64,000 nucleotides of DNA from an uncultured bacterium. GTDB lineage: Bacteria > Bacteroidota > Bacteroidia > Flavobacteriales > Flavobacteriaceae. Positions within the stretch are counted from its first letter, which is position 1; every line of letters begins with the position of its first letter. The notes below the pieces were generated by a model that saw only the letters and a program-made list of their open reading frames with translations, did not search any database and had not been told where the DNA came from. The position numbers were made by a program, and so were the translations under genes. Shown piece by piece: positions 19,027-28,312 of the stretch. Location: contig CAXBCS010000005.1 in the NCBI GenBank assembly GCA_963974305.1, forward strand, positions 1,537 through 65,536, given 5' to 3'.

Positions 19027-19539
19027 CTAGGATCTTGTTACTGGCTTAATAATAAGCTTAATTTTTCCTATAACACTAGGATCAAATTTTTCATCTCTTT
19101 TAGAATTTTGATTGGCAACTTCGACTGTGATAACCTTTCCCACGAGTTTTGTGTTTTCATCATTGGATGAATTTTGGTCAAGTTTAGCAGTTGACTTTTT
19201 AGTTGTATCAAGCTTCTGTTGATCGGCTCGATCTTTAAAATTAATACCTGCCTTAATGGAATTATCAACTTTCATATCGGCCACTTTCTTAGAAAAGGGA
19301 ACATCAATATGCGTTTTTAATCGCTTATTTACTTCCGATACCTGATTTTCCAAATCTGAAGAATTTATTTCTTTTTCTAAAGTACCAAATACCAGTGGAA
19401 TCTCAATTTCGGCAGCTTCTATAGCCAATTGGATTTGCGAATGTTCATCAGTTTCAATTTCGTTTTGTAAATAAGTATTAAAGTCAAAACTTTTTAAAAC
19501 TTCATACTGTACCATTGATATAAAATAGGATAATTCCAT
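19027..19539 (-). CDS. hypothetical cytoplasmic protein (N-terminal helix plus terminal beta strands, Trypco/DUF2589-like layout)
   Basis: MELSYFISMVQYEVLKS helix, IQLAIEAAEIEIPL strand, GKIKLIIKP C-terminal strand; family link is a resemblance only. Confidence 0.65.
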   Translation of the reverse strand: MELSYFISMVQYEVLKSFDFNTYLQNEIETDEHSQIQLAIEAAEIEIPLVFGTLEKEINSSDLENQVSEVNKRLKTHIDVPFSKKVADMKVDNSIKAGINFKDRADQQKLDTTKKSTAKLDQNSSNDENTKLVGKVITVEVANQNSKRDEKFDPSVIGKIKLIIKPVTRS

Positions 19540-19558
19540 AAGACAAAATATTTTAAGA

Positions 19559-20386
19559 TTAAACTTCTATTGACGGAAAAGAACTTGTTCTAAAATTGAT
19601 TTTCACTCCTCCAATAATGTCTGCACTCATATTAACTGCAGCAGTCGATTTCTCGTTTACTACCTTGACTCGCACTCGACTCGAAGTATAGCCTCCACTT
19701 ACGTTGGCCCTTCCCCAGCCCCATCGCGCTGAAGCTGATCCTTAAACTCCCCATTTATTGGATTTTGAGTCAATATCATAAGTTCTGCTTTCGGTAAAAT
19801 CAGTTGAATCAATATGAAAAACAAGTTTGGTTTCAACGAGACCATTTGTTATCTCAACCTTTTGCATTCCAAGTTTTAAAATGGTCACGAGCATATTATA
19901 ACTCTCTGATGCAGATTGTGATATTTTTTCAAGTACGAATTTTTGAAGATCCAATTTTGAAATTTTCTTTGCTGAAGTTCCAGTAATTTTTGCTTTCAGA
20001 TCTACTTGATTATTGCCCTCAGCAATAGTTACGTTTTGAAAATGAGATTGCATAGCCTCAATATCTTCGTCTACAAGATTCACATTAGCTCCAGTACCTA
20101 AAGTCAGCCCTAAAACTTCCTCTATGTAATTGTCTAACGAATCCTTATCCTCGGTATTAAGCGCATCAAAGTCGGTTGAACTAATTCCTGTAACCTCCTT
20201 TTGATATTCAATAAGAGGTTTTGAAACTTCGGCTACGAGCTGTGAATAAGCCTTAAGTTGTTCCATAGAAGAATCAACCACAATTTTGTACACGTTCCGT
20301 ACAAGGTCTGAAGTAAAGTCTACAAAGCCAATGTTTTGTACATTTCCAAGTTGTTCCATGGCTTCATCTGCTGATGTATTTGACAT
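19559..20386 (-). pseudogene. 275-codon gene with an internal TAA; helical N-terminus and amphipathic beta-hairpin C-terminus
   Basis: ORF 19742..20386 stops at TAA 19742-19744, but the same frame continues 60 codons (GSASARWGWG...FPSIEV) to TAA 19559-19561, 19 nt before the next ATG. Confidence 0.8.
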
Positions 20387-20683
20387 AATTATTAATTTTA
20401 AAAGTGCCTACTCTATTTAACAGAGGCTTTTCGGCTTCCACCTACATGTATGCTTAATTCTTAAGGGAACATATTCAAGGAAGGAAGTGCCTTAGCACCG
20501 TGAATACAAGAGCAATAGTACTGTAAGAAGGTAAGCCCTACCATAGCCAATTCAGGAAAGGTAGCTTTGAATCTATGAATGGTAAGAGGGAGTAGATAAG
20601 GTTTTTTCTAAAGAAAGGAGATGAATATAATAGGTATGGAATCATTGGAAGGAAGCCAACTTACCCAAATTGTAGCCACAAAA

Positions 20684-20709
20684 AAACCCGATACAGCTGT
20701 ATCGGGTTT
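20684..20709 (-). terminator. nqr operon terminator
   Basis: Perfect palindrome AAACCCGATACAGCTGTATCGGGTTT, with a T run on the minus strand after it. Confidence 0.75.
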
Positions 20710-20710
20710 G

Positions 20711-20724
20711 GCTTTCGCGAAAGC
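20711..20724. repeat. palindrome GCTTTCGCGAAAGC, copy 5
   Basis: Intergenic, between the nqrF stop and its terminator. Confidence 0.95.
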
Positions 20725-20743
20725 GAAATAATAAGAATACTTT

Positions 20744-20752
20744 AAAGGCTAT
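20744..20752. repeat. direct repeat AAAGGCTAT, right edge of the accessory block
   Basis: Contains the nqrF TAG (minus strand). Confidence 0.5.
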
Positions 20753-22056
20753 CCTCCAAAGTCATCAAAGCGAATATGCTCATCTGGAATTCCAAAGTCT
20801 TCTCCCATTTTCTGAACAGCGTTGTTCATTAATGGAGGTCCACAGAAATACAATTCGATATCTTCTGGTGCTTCGTGCTTACTTAGGTATTGGTCAATCA
20901 CTACTTGGTGAATAAAGCCAACAAACCCATCGCCCTCTGCATCGACATTTTCTTTTACTTTCCAGTTGTCTTCTTCCATAGGCTCAGAAAGAGCTAAGTA
21001 AAATTTGAAGTTAGGAAATTCTCTTTCTAAAGAACGGAAGTGCTCCAGATAGAATAATTCACGTTTAGAACGCCCACCATACCAATAGGTAACAGTACGA
21101 CCTGTACGTAAGGTTTTGAATAGGTGATAAAGGTGTGAACGCATAGGTGCCATTCCAGCTCCACCACCAACATAGAGCATTTCTGACTCAGACTCGTTGA
21201 TAAAGAATTCGCCGTAAGGTCCTGAGATAATTACCTTATCCCCTGGCTTCTGTGCGAAAATATATGAAGAAGCAACTCCTGGATTTACATCCATCCATTG
21301 GTTCTTAGCACGATCCCATGGCGGAGTAGCAATACGTACATTCAACATAATCTCTCTTCCTTCTGCAGGGAAAGAGGCCATAGAATAAGCACGTTCTACC
21401 GTTTCATTATTTTTCATCGTCAAAGGCCATAATCCAAATTTATCCCATTCTGCTTGGAATTTATCTGGAGTATCATGCTCTTCTGGATGCGCAGTAATAT
21501 CAATATCTTTAAAGTTAATCTCACATTCTGGAATTTCAATCTGGATATAACCCCCAGCTTTATACCCCATATCTTCAGGAATTTCCACAACAAATTCTTT
21601 AATGAACGATGCAACATTGTAGTTACGTACTACAGTTGCTTCCCATTTCTTAATTCCGAAAACTTCCTCAGGAATGGTAATGTTCATGTCTTGCTTCACC
21701 TTCACTTGGCAAGCCAAACGTGCACCTTGAGCCAATTCTTTACGGCTAAAGTGTGGAGTTTCTGTTGGCAATGCTTCTCCACCTCCAGCAAGGACGTGAC
21801 ACTCACATTGAATACAAGTTCCCCCTCCACCACAAGCAGATGGTAAGAAGATTTTGTAATTTCCAAGAGTTGCAAGTAGGGTACTACCTGAGGCAACTTC
21901 TACTTCTCTTTCTCCATTGATGGTAATCTTTACCGGTCCCGATGGAGATAATTTTTGTTTGGTAAAAAGGAGTATCCCTACCAACAATAAAGTCAGTACT
22001 AAAAAGGCTACAATGGTAGCAATGACAACTCCCGACATACTAGCAGCTAATATCAT
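20749..22056 (-). CDS. nqrF: Na+-translocating NADH:quinone oxidoreductase subunit F
   Basis: SACGGGGTCIQC and RLACQ 2Fe-2S motifs, RAYSMA, GGGAGMAP, YFCGPP, FDDFGG. Confidence 0.97.
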   Translation of the reverse strand: MILAASMSGVVIATIVAFLVLTLLLVGILLFTKQKLSPSGPVKITINGEREVEVASGSTLLATLGNYKIFLPSACGGGGTCIQCECHVLAGGGEALPTETPHFSRKELAQGARLACQVKVKQDMNITIPEEVFGIKKWEATVVRNYNVASFIKEFVVEIPEDMGYKAGGYIQIEIPECEINFKDIDITAHPEEHDTPDKFQAEWDKFGLWPLTMKNNETVERAYSMASFPAEGREIMLNVRIATPPWDRAKNQWMDVNPGVASSYIFAQKPGDKVIISGPYGEFFINESESEMLYVGGGAGMAPMRSHLYHLFKTLRTGRTVTYWYGGRSKRELFYLEHFRSLEREFPNFKFYLALSEPMEEDNWKVKENVDAEGDGFVGFIHQVVIDQYLSKHEAPEDIELYFCGPPLMNNAVQKMGEDFGIPDEHIRFDDFGG

Positions 22057-22058
22057 AA

Positions 22059-22790
22059 TTACTTTTCTATTTCGTTTGTATTATCAACAAGCTGAGTTGT
22101 TGGTGCATCTGTTTCAATAGGCATTACCTGAGCAGTTGGTGTAGTTGTTTCTTCCTCTTCATCGTCTCCACCTGTCAACATTCCTCCAAAACTCATAAAT
22201 CCTATTGCCATTAATCCTGTAATGATAAAAGTGATTCCCAACCCTCTCAAAGGAGCAGGAACATTTGAATAACGGATTTTCTCTCTAATGGCTGCAATAG
22301 CCACAATCGCTAAGAACCATCCAATTCCAGATGAAATTCCATAGTTCAAGGCTAAACCTGCACTTTGGATATCTCTAGATTGCATGAATAATGACCCTCC
22401 AAGAATCGCACAGTTTACCGCGATTAATGGTAAAAAGATCCCCAAAGAGTTATATAGGGAAGGAGAGAATTTCTCTACTACAATTTCTACTAATTGTACC
22501 ATTGTTGCAATGGTCGCAATAAAGAGGATAAAGGATAAGAAACTCAAATCGTAATCGGCGTATTCTGGGCCTAACCACTTTCCTAATGCTCCGTCTCTCA
22601 ATATATATTGATCCAAGTACCAGTTTGCTGGTACAGTTACCGCAAGTACAAAAATTACAGCGGCTCCAAGACCAACAGCTGTACTCACTTTTTTAGATAC
22701 AGCAAGGTAGGAACACATCCCGAGGAATGTGGCAAATACCATGTTATCTATAAAGATGGATTTAAAAAATAATTCAATGTGCTCTAACAT
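22059..22790 (-). CDS. nqrE: Na+-NQR subunit E
   Basis: FLGMCSYLAVS, IAVNCAILG, REKIRYS.VP..L.GLGI; acidic C-terminal tail. Confidence 0.96.
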   Translation of the reverse strand: MLEHIELFFKSIFIDNMVFATFLGMCSYLAVSKKVSTAVGLGAAVIFVLAVTVPANWYLDQYILRDGALGKWLGPEYADYDLSFLSFILFIATIATMVQLVEIVVEKFSPSLYNSLGIFLPLIAVNCAILGGSLFMQSRDIQSAGLALNYGISSGIGWFLAIVAIAAIREKIRYSNVPAPLRGLGITFIITGLMAIGFMSFGGMLTGGDDEEEETTTPTAQVMPIETDAPTTQLVDNTNEIEK

Positions 22791-22859
22791 AATGTATATT
22801 TTGAATGTTTACGCGCTTCGTGGACTTCATCGCAGTTTCGCGAAAGCGTACTTACCATA

Positions 22860-23507
22860 CTAATTTTCTTCTATAAGGGCTGGATTACGTGAACGCTGTA
22901 CCCAGATAATCAATCCAACTACAATCAATGCCATAGGTGATAACAACATAAAACCGTTGTTTTCATAGCCTATACTATACAGTCCCGACTTTTCAATAGG
23001 ATCTCCTAATACTTTAAATCCTAGTAAGGTTCCAGACCCAAGTAATTCTCTAAAGAATCCTACAATGATCAAGATCACACCGTAACCTAAAGAGTTTCCA
23101 ATACCGTCTAAGAATGATTTCCAAGGTCCGTTTGCCAAAGCAAAGGCTTCAAATCGTCCCATAATGATACAGTTGGTGATAATAAGTCCAACAAAGACAG
23201 AAAGCTCTTTACTCAATTCATAAGCATAGGCTTTTAGTACCTGATCTACTACAATTACCAAGGTTGCAACCACGATTAATTGTACGATGATTCTAATTTT
23301 TGAAGGAATCACATTTCGCAACAGCGAGATGACAACGTTACCAATTCCCAATACAAAGAGTACTGAAACTGCCATAACGATAGACGCTTTTAATTGGGCT
23401 GTAATTGCCAAGGCAGAACAGATCCCCAATACTTGAATCGTGATTGGATTATCGTCTGCTAGTGGATCAAGAATTAATCTCTGATCTTTTTTTGATAGTA
23501 ATCCCAT
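22860..23507 (-). CDS. nqrD: Na+-NQR subunit D
   Basis: NPITIQVLGICSALA, VGLIITNCIIMGR.EAFA. Confidence 0.96.
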   Translation of the reverse strand: MGLLSKKDQRLILDPLADDNPITIQVLGICSALAITAQLKASIVMAVSVLFVLGIGNVVISLLRNVIPSKIRIIVQLIVVATLVIVVDQVLKAYAYELSKELSVFVGLIITNCIIMGRFEAFALANGPWKSFLDGIGNSLGYGVILIIVGFFRELLGSGTLLGFKVLGDPIEKSGLYSIGYENNGFMLLSPMALIVVGLIIWVQRSRNPALIEEN

Positions 23508-23509
23508 AA

Positions 23510-24247
23510 TTATTTCAATGTTTTAATATGAGGAACATATGATTTCAATGTGCTTTTGATCATGGCAGTCACTCCGTCTCCGGTAATAGTTGCTCCAGCT
23601 AGCGCATCCACTTCGTTATCGTCTTTGATAAGATTCTTAGGGTCGTTATTTCCTTTGGCTACTGTTACTCCAGCATATTTCTCATTGTTCATGATATATT
23701 CTCCAATGAAATCATCCATAAAGTAACGCTCCTTAATATTAGCCCCAAGACCTGGCGTTTCTCCTTTGTGATCAAAGTATGCGCCTTGAATAACGAGTTC
23801 CTGATCTAAGGCAACATAGCCCCAAATTGCATCCCACAGTCCTTTTCCATACATAGGAACTACGAAGTAAGTTTTCCCATCACGTTCCCCTTTAAACAAA
23901 GGCATTTTACGCTCCTTCTTTGGAAGTTTACTCTGCTTCTTCATATCAACAGTAAATGCCTCATCACTTTCAGTTATCTCTCCATTTTGGATGATATAAC
24001 TGTTTTTGATGTATTTGTCATATTCTGCTTCCACGAGTTCTGTAGGAATAAAGTTCACAGAACCTTCTCCTTCTACGTTTTCGCTTACGCCCATTGCATA
24101 CAGAATATTCTGTTGCTTTTCAAAGCGTTCATTTTCCTTAATCGCTGGCTTCAATCCTGTTGCCAGGGTTGCAAGAACACCACCTACTACAATCACCATG
24201 ATTGTAGCAAATACGATTGTATATACGTTTCCGTCTGTTTTTGCCAT
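23510..24247 (-). CDS. nqrC: Na+-NQR subunit C
   Basis: GKGLWDAI.GY, HKGETPGLG, flavinylation motif LAGATIT. Confidence 0.96.
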   Translation of the reverse strand: MAKTDGNVYTIVFATIMVIVVGGVLATLATGLKPAIKENERFEKQQNILYAMGVSENVEGEGSVNFIPTELVEAEYDKYIKNSYIIQNGEITESDEAFTVDMKKQSKLPKKERKMPLFKGERDGKTYFVVPMYGKGLWDAIWGYVALDQELVIQGAYFDHKGETPGLGANIKERYFMDDFIGEYIMNNEKYAGVTVAKGNNDPKNLIKDDNEVDALAGATITGDGVTAMIKSTLKSYVPHIKTLK

Positions 24248-24249
24248 GA

Positions 24250-25455
24250 TTATGCCGTTTTAACTTTTAGACGTTTCATTCTTCTTTTTACATTTCCTTG
24301 AACCACATAGTGATCAATAGTTGGAGCAAATACGTTCATCAAGAGAATCGCAAGCATCACTCCTTCTGGATATGCTGGGTTGAACACACGAATCATGATC
24401 GAAATAAATCCGGCCAAGAACCCGTAGATCCATTTTCCTTTATTGGTTTGAGATGCCGTTACAGGATCGGTAGCCATAAAGACCATACCAAAAGCAAAGC
24501 CTCCTATAATAAGATGTTGCCAGAATTCTGTGCTCATCAAGCTGTAGAATTTACTGCTTTCAGAAATCCAATCTTGTGCAATTACTCCATTAAATATGAG
24601 ACCCATTGCTAAACCTCCAAGGGCCATAGACAACATGATTCTCCAACTTCCAATCTTAGCAAAGATCAAGAAAAGGCCTCCTAGTAAGATTAGGACGGTT
24701 GAAGTCTCTCCCACAGATCCAGGAATAAGTCCTAAGAACATATCCATGGTATCATAGTCGACAACTTTATTTTGAGCTAGGCTACCTAAGATCGTTTCTC
24801 CAGATATTGCATCTGGCTGACCCGCCATTTCAACAGCTTCAGTAACCCATACTTTATCACCTGACATCCAAGTTGGGTATGCAAAGAATAAGAAGGCACG
24901 AATGGTTAAGGCAGGATTCAAAATATTCATCCCAGTACCTCCAAACACTTCTTTTCCGATAACAACACCGAAGATAACGGCAACAGCCAACATCCATAAT
25001 GGAGTATCAACAGGTACAATTAAAGGAACAAGCATTCCCGTAACTAGGTATCCTTCTTCTACTTCGTGTCCTTTGATAACTGCAAAGATGAACTCAACAA
25101 GAAGTCCAACTCCGTAAGAAACCACAACAAGAGGTAATACTTTCCATGCACCTTTAGAGAAGTTCTGCATACTCCAGAAGTCCCCGCTAAAGAAACTAGA
25201 AACAGCTTCTATTTCACCAGTCGCAACATAGTATTGGTAACCCGCATTAAAAATACCAAAGATCAAACAAGGCACTAAAGCCATGATCACGGTATTCATT
25301 GTACGTTTCAAATCATCGACAGCACGTATATGAGATCCATTGTGTGTAATCTCGTTGGGTGCATATAAGAATGTATGTATGGCATTGAAAGCCGGAGCCA
25401 TCTTTTTGCCTTTATACTTCTCTTTTAGATTGTGTAAATTTTCTTTCAATCCCAT
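24250..25455 (-). CDS. nqrB: Na+-NQR subunit B
   Basis: DLKRTM, GKEVFGGTGMN.LNPAL, DAISGET.L (FMN-Thr), GS.GETS, FMATDPV, YPEGVM. Confidence 0.96.
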   Translation of the reverse strand: MGLKENLHNLKEKYKGKKMAPAFNAIHTFLYAPNEITHNGSHIRAVDDLKRTMNTVIMALVPCLIFGIFNAGYQYYVATGEIEAVSSFFSGDFWSMQNFSKGAWKVLPLVVVSYGVGLLVEFIFAVIKGHEVEEGYLVTGMLVPLIVPVDTPLWMLAVAVIFGVVIGKEVFGGTGMNILNPALTIRAFLFFAYPTWMSGDKVWVTEAVEMAGQPDAISGETILGSLAQNKVVDYDTMDMFLGLIPGSVGETSTVLILLGGLFLIFAKIGSWRIMLSMALGGLAMGLIFNGVIAQDWISESSKFYSLMSTEFWQHLIIGGFAFGMVFMATDPVTASQTNKGKWIYGFLAGFISIMIRVFNPAYPEGVMLAILLMNVFAPTIDHYVVQGNVKRRMKRLKVKTA

Positions 25456-25458
25456 AAT

Positions 25459-26805
25459 CTATCCTATTTCTTTATACATAAGATCCAATCCTTTTCTGAT
25501 AATATCTTGATGTGGTTGTTTAGACACACAAATAAATTCTGTCAACGCAAAATCTTCTGGTGCTACTTCATACATACCAAGTGCTTCCATTTCATCAAGA
25601 TCTTGTACCATGCAGGCTTTCATAATCTGCATAGGGTAGATATCTAAAGGAAAGACTTCTTCGTAATTTCCAGTTACCACAAACGCACGGTGTTCTCCGT
25701 TTGTATTGGTATCAAGATCGTATTTCTTCTTAGGCTGCATCCATGAGAATGTCAAGGCTCTAGAAGGTGATATTTTGTCAAAAACAGGCTTGTTCCATCC
25801 AAATAATTCATAATCGTCTCCTTCTGGAATCGCTACAAATGCATTTGCATAATATCCTAAAGCTCCTTTTGGATCAACCTGAGTACCTGTTAACACATCA
25901 CCAGAGATAAAACGATTATTATCTCCTTCAATACCCGCGTCATATGCAAAGGTTGCAACCTCGGCACCGATTAGAGTCTTGTAATATTTTGGTGCTTTTA
26001 CAGCCGAACCTCCAACAGCGATAATACGCTCTGCCTTGAAGTTTCCTGTAAGCAATAACTCACCTATGATTACCAAATCCTGAGCAGCTATCGTCCAAAC
26101 GACTTCTCCTTTATTGACAGGGTTTGTTTTATTAATCAAGGTTCCTACATTCCCAGCTGGGTGCGGTCCTTTTACAGTGTGCGTCGTTATATTATCTAAT
26201 CCTGATAAAGGTGAAGCAGTAGATCCAATAGAAACGTGAACGCCTCCTTCAGTCAACTTGCTCAAAGCGGTAACTGCAGCTTGAAGTTGAGCTTCTTTAC
26301 CTGTCAAGGTAAAATCAAGATCTCCAGCGAGTGGTGCTGTAGTTAATCCTGAAATGAAAATTGCTTTTGGTGCAACATCTGGCTTAGCAACAACATCATA
26401 AGGACGCTGTTTGATAAAAGGCCAAAGTCCGCTAGACAAAAGTTTTGCCTTCACTTCTTCAGCAGATGCATTCCCGCTTAATTTTCCAAAATCCTTAGTT
26501 CCTCCCTTATGGTCGGCTTCAATCACTATGTCTGTAATAACACGACGTGGGCCGCGTTTTATTTCAGTAAGTGTTCCTGCTACAGGGGAAACAAAGCGAA
26601 TTTGCTCTTGTGATTTTGAGTAGAATAATTCATCACCGGCTTGAAGTTTAGCTCCTTCTTTAACTACCATTTTTGGTATCACCAAGTGAAAATCTGAAGG
26701 TCTGATTGTAATGGTACGCGTTAGTGGGCAGTCAGAAATCACTTTTTCTGCTTCGCCTACTAATCGTATATCAAGACCTTTTTTGATTCTGATGTCTTTT
26801 GACAT
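25459..26805 (-). CDS. nqrA: Na+-NQR subunit A
   Basis: IRIKKGLDI, FVSPVAG, GPHPAGNVG, ISGDVLTG, LCEFICVSK-like C-terminal motif (LTEFICVSK). Confidence 0.96.
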   Translation of the reverse strand: MSKDIRIKKGLDIRLVGEAEKVISDCPLTRTITIRPSDFHLVIPKMVVKEGAKLQAGDELFYSKSQEQIRFVSPVAGTLTEIKRGPRRVITDIVIEADHKGGTKDFGKLSGNASAEEVKAKLLSSGLWPFIKQRPYDVVAKPDVAPKAIFISGLTTAPLAGDLDFTLTGKEAQLQAAVTALSKLTEGGVHVSIGSTASPLSGLDNITTHTVKGPHPAGNVGTLINKTNPVNKGEVVWTIAAQDLVIIGELLLTGNFKAERIIAVGGSAVKAPKYYKTLIGAEVATFAYDAGIEGDNNRFISGDVLTGTQVDPKGALGYYANAFVAIPEGDDYELFGWNKPVFDKISPSRALTFSWMQPKKKYDLDTNTNGEHRAFVVTGNYEEVFPLDIYPMQIMKACMVQDLDEMEALGMYEVAPEDFALTEFICVSKQPHQDIIRKGLDLMYKEIG

Positions 26806-26851
26806 ATGTCAGTAGATTTATGTTATCTAAAATCCCATTATTTTGGGTGCG

Positions 26852-26859
26852 CAAATTTA
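26852..26859 (-). promoter_or_regulatory. Bacteroidetes -7 element (TAAATTTG) for the nqr operon
   Basis: Matches TAnnTTTG, 46 nt upstream of the nqrA ATG. Confidence 0.6.
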
Positions 26860-27025
26860 CAAATTCCTCACCGTATTTTCATAGCTACAAAAACGCTATT
26901 CTATTATTTATAATTATTCTAAATAATAGTCAATTAGCAACCATAGTGACTAGACATTCATTACTTCTGTCCACCGCAATATCTCGGTACGGAATTTGTT
27001 TATATTTGAACATCAATATGTTTTT

Positions 27026-28288
27026 ATGAAAACCCATTACCTTCTTTATACCCTCGCATTCCTTTTGCTAGTCACCACATCTAAGGCACAAGTTGCACAA
27101 GAAATGCCGGCACCTCCCTTTATTAAAACCGTACAATTTAGTGCAGGTGGTAGTCGTCAAGCACAGCTTCCTATCATCCGACTAGGTGCAGGGATTGAAT
27201 TAAGTTTTGATGATATTATTGGTGATGAAGCCGATTATTTTTACAAAATCACGCATCACAACGCCGATTGGACCCCTTCTGACCTCGCTCGATCAGAGTT
27301 TATGGACGGCATGGATAATGTGCGAATTTTAGATTATGAAAACTCTGTAGCCGTACTTCAATTATATACCCATTACCGACTAAGAATCCCGAACAAAAAC
27401 GTACGCCGACTCAAAAAAACGGGTAATTACTTATTGAGTATTTACAATGAAGATCAAGAACTCTTGTTCTCAAGAAAGTTTATGATTTACAGTCCGGCCT
27501 TTGCCGTAGGAGCACAAATTAAACGCTCTCGTGACCTGAGCTTTGTCAATTCTAAACAGGTTGTACGCTTTTTTATTAGCGGTGGAGATGACCCAATAAT
27601 TAATCCAAATAAGAATATCCATACCGTTATCCTTCAAAATAACAATCTAAAAACAGCAATTACAGGTGTTAAACCTCAGTATACCATAGGCAATAAATTA
27701 GAATACCGCTATGATGAAGAAACTTCCTTTTGGGCGGGAAATGAATATTTTGGTTTCGAAAATAAAGACATTCGAGCTGCAACCTCAGCAGTGCAACGTA
27801 TTGAAATGAAAAGTCTATATCACAATTATTTGTACACCAATCCCTCTCGCATTGATCGACCTTACACCTACAATCCCGACATCAACGGTAACTTTCTTAT
27901 TACAACCTTGCAAGGGAGCAACCCAGATTCTGAAGCAGAATATGTTTGGGTGCACTTTTCTTTGTTAGACACTAAAATTAAAGAAGGGCAAGAAATGCAT
28001 GTCTATGGCAATTTCAATAATTATGTCACAGACGCTTCCACAAAGATGAAGTGGAATGAGAAATCAGGACGATACAGTTTGCCAATGCTACTAAAACAAG
28101 GTTTTTACAACTACAAATATGTGATTGTAAACAAGGACGGCAGCATCAATCCTAGTAAACAACCTAGCGGAAATTACTGGCAAACAGAGAATGAATATCA
28201 AATCCTGGTGTATTACAGAGGTCCCGGTGGTCGTTTTGACGAATTGCTAGGATATGGCACAACCAACTCCCGAGACATCACAAATTAA
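27026..28288 (+). CDS. DUF5103 protein (T9SS plug-like)
   Basis: Signal peptide; LSFDD, ITHHNADW, YTHY.L..P, LLKQG.YNY.Y, TENEY; TATATTTG promoter at 27001-27008. Confidence 0.8.
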   Translation: MKTHYLLYTLAFLLLVTTSKAQVAQEMPAPPFIKTVQFSAGGSRQAQLPIIRLGAGIELSFDDIIGDEADYFYKITHHNADWTPSDLARSEFMDGMDNVRILDYENSVAVLQLYTHYRLRIPNKNVRRLKKTGNYLLSIYNEDQELLFSRKFMIYSPAFAVGAQIKRSRDLSFVNSKQVVRFFISGGDDPIINPNKNIHTVILQNNNLKTAITGVKPQYTIGNKLEYRYDEETSFWAGNEYFGFENKDIRAATSAVQRIEMKSLYHNYLYTNPSRIDRPYTYNPDINGNFLITTLQGSNPDSEAEYVWVHFSLLDTKIKEGQEMHVYGNFNNYVTDASTKMKWNEKSGRYSLPMLLKQGFYNYKYVIVNKDGSINPSKQPSGNYWQTENEYQILVYYRGPGGRFDELLGYGTTNSRDITN

Positions 28289-28312
28289 TTCAAATTCTAT
28301 TATATTTATCGG

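Noticed and set aside
22059-22170. Acidic Thr/Glu-rich tail on NqrE
   Set aside because: Similar tails are, as I recall, typical of flavobacterial NqrE
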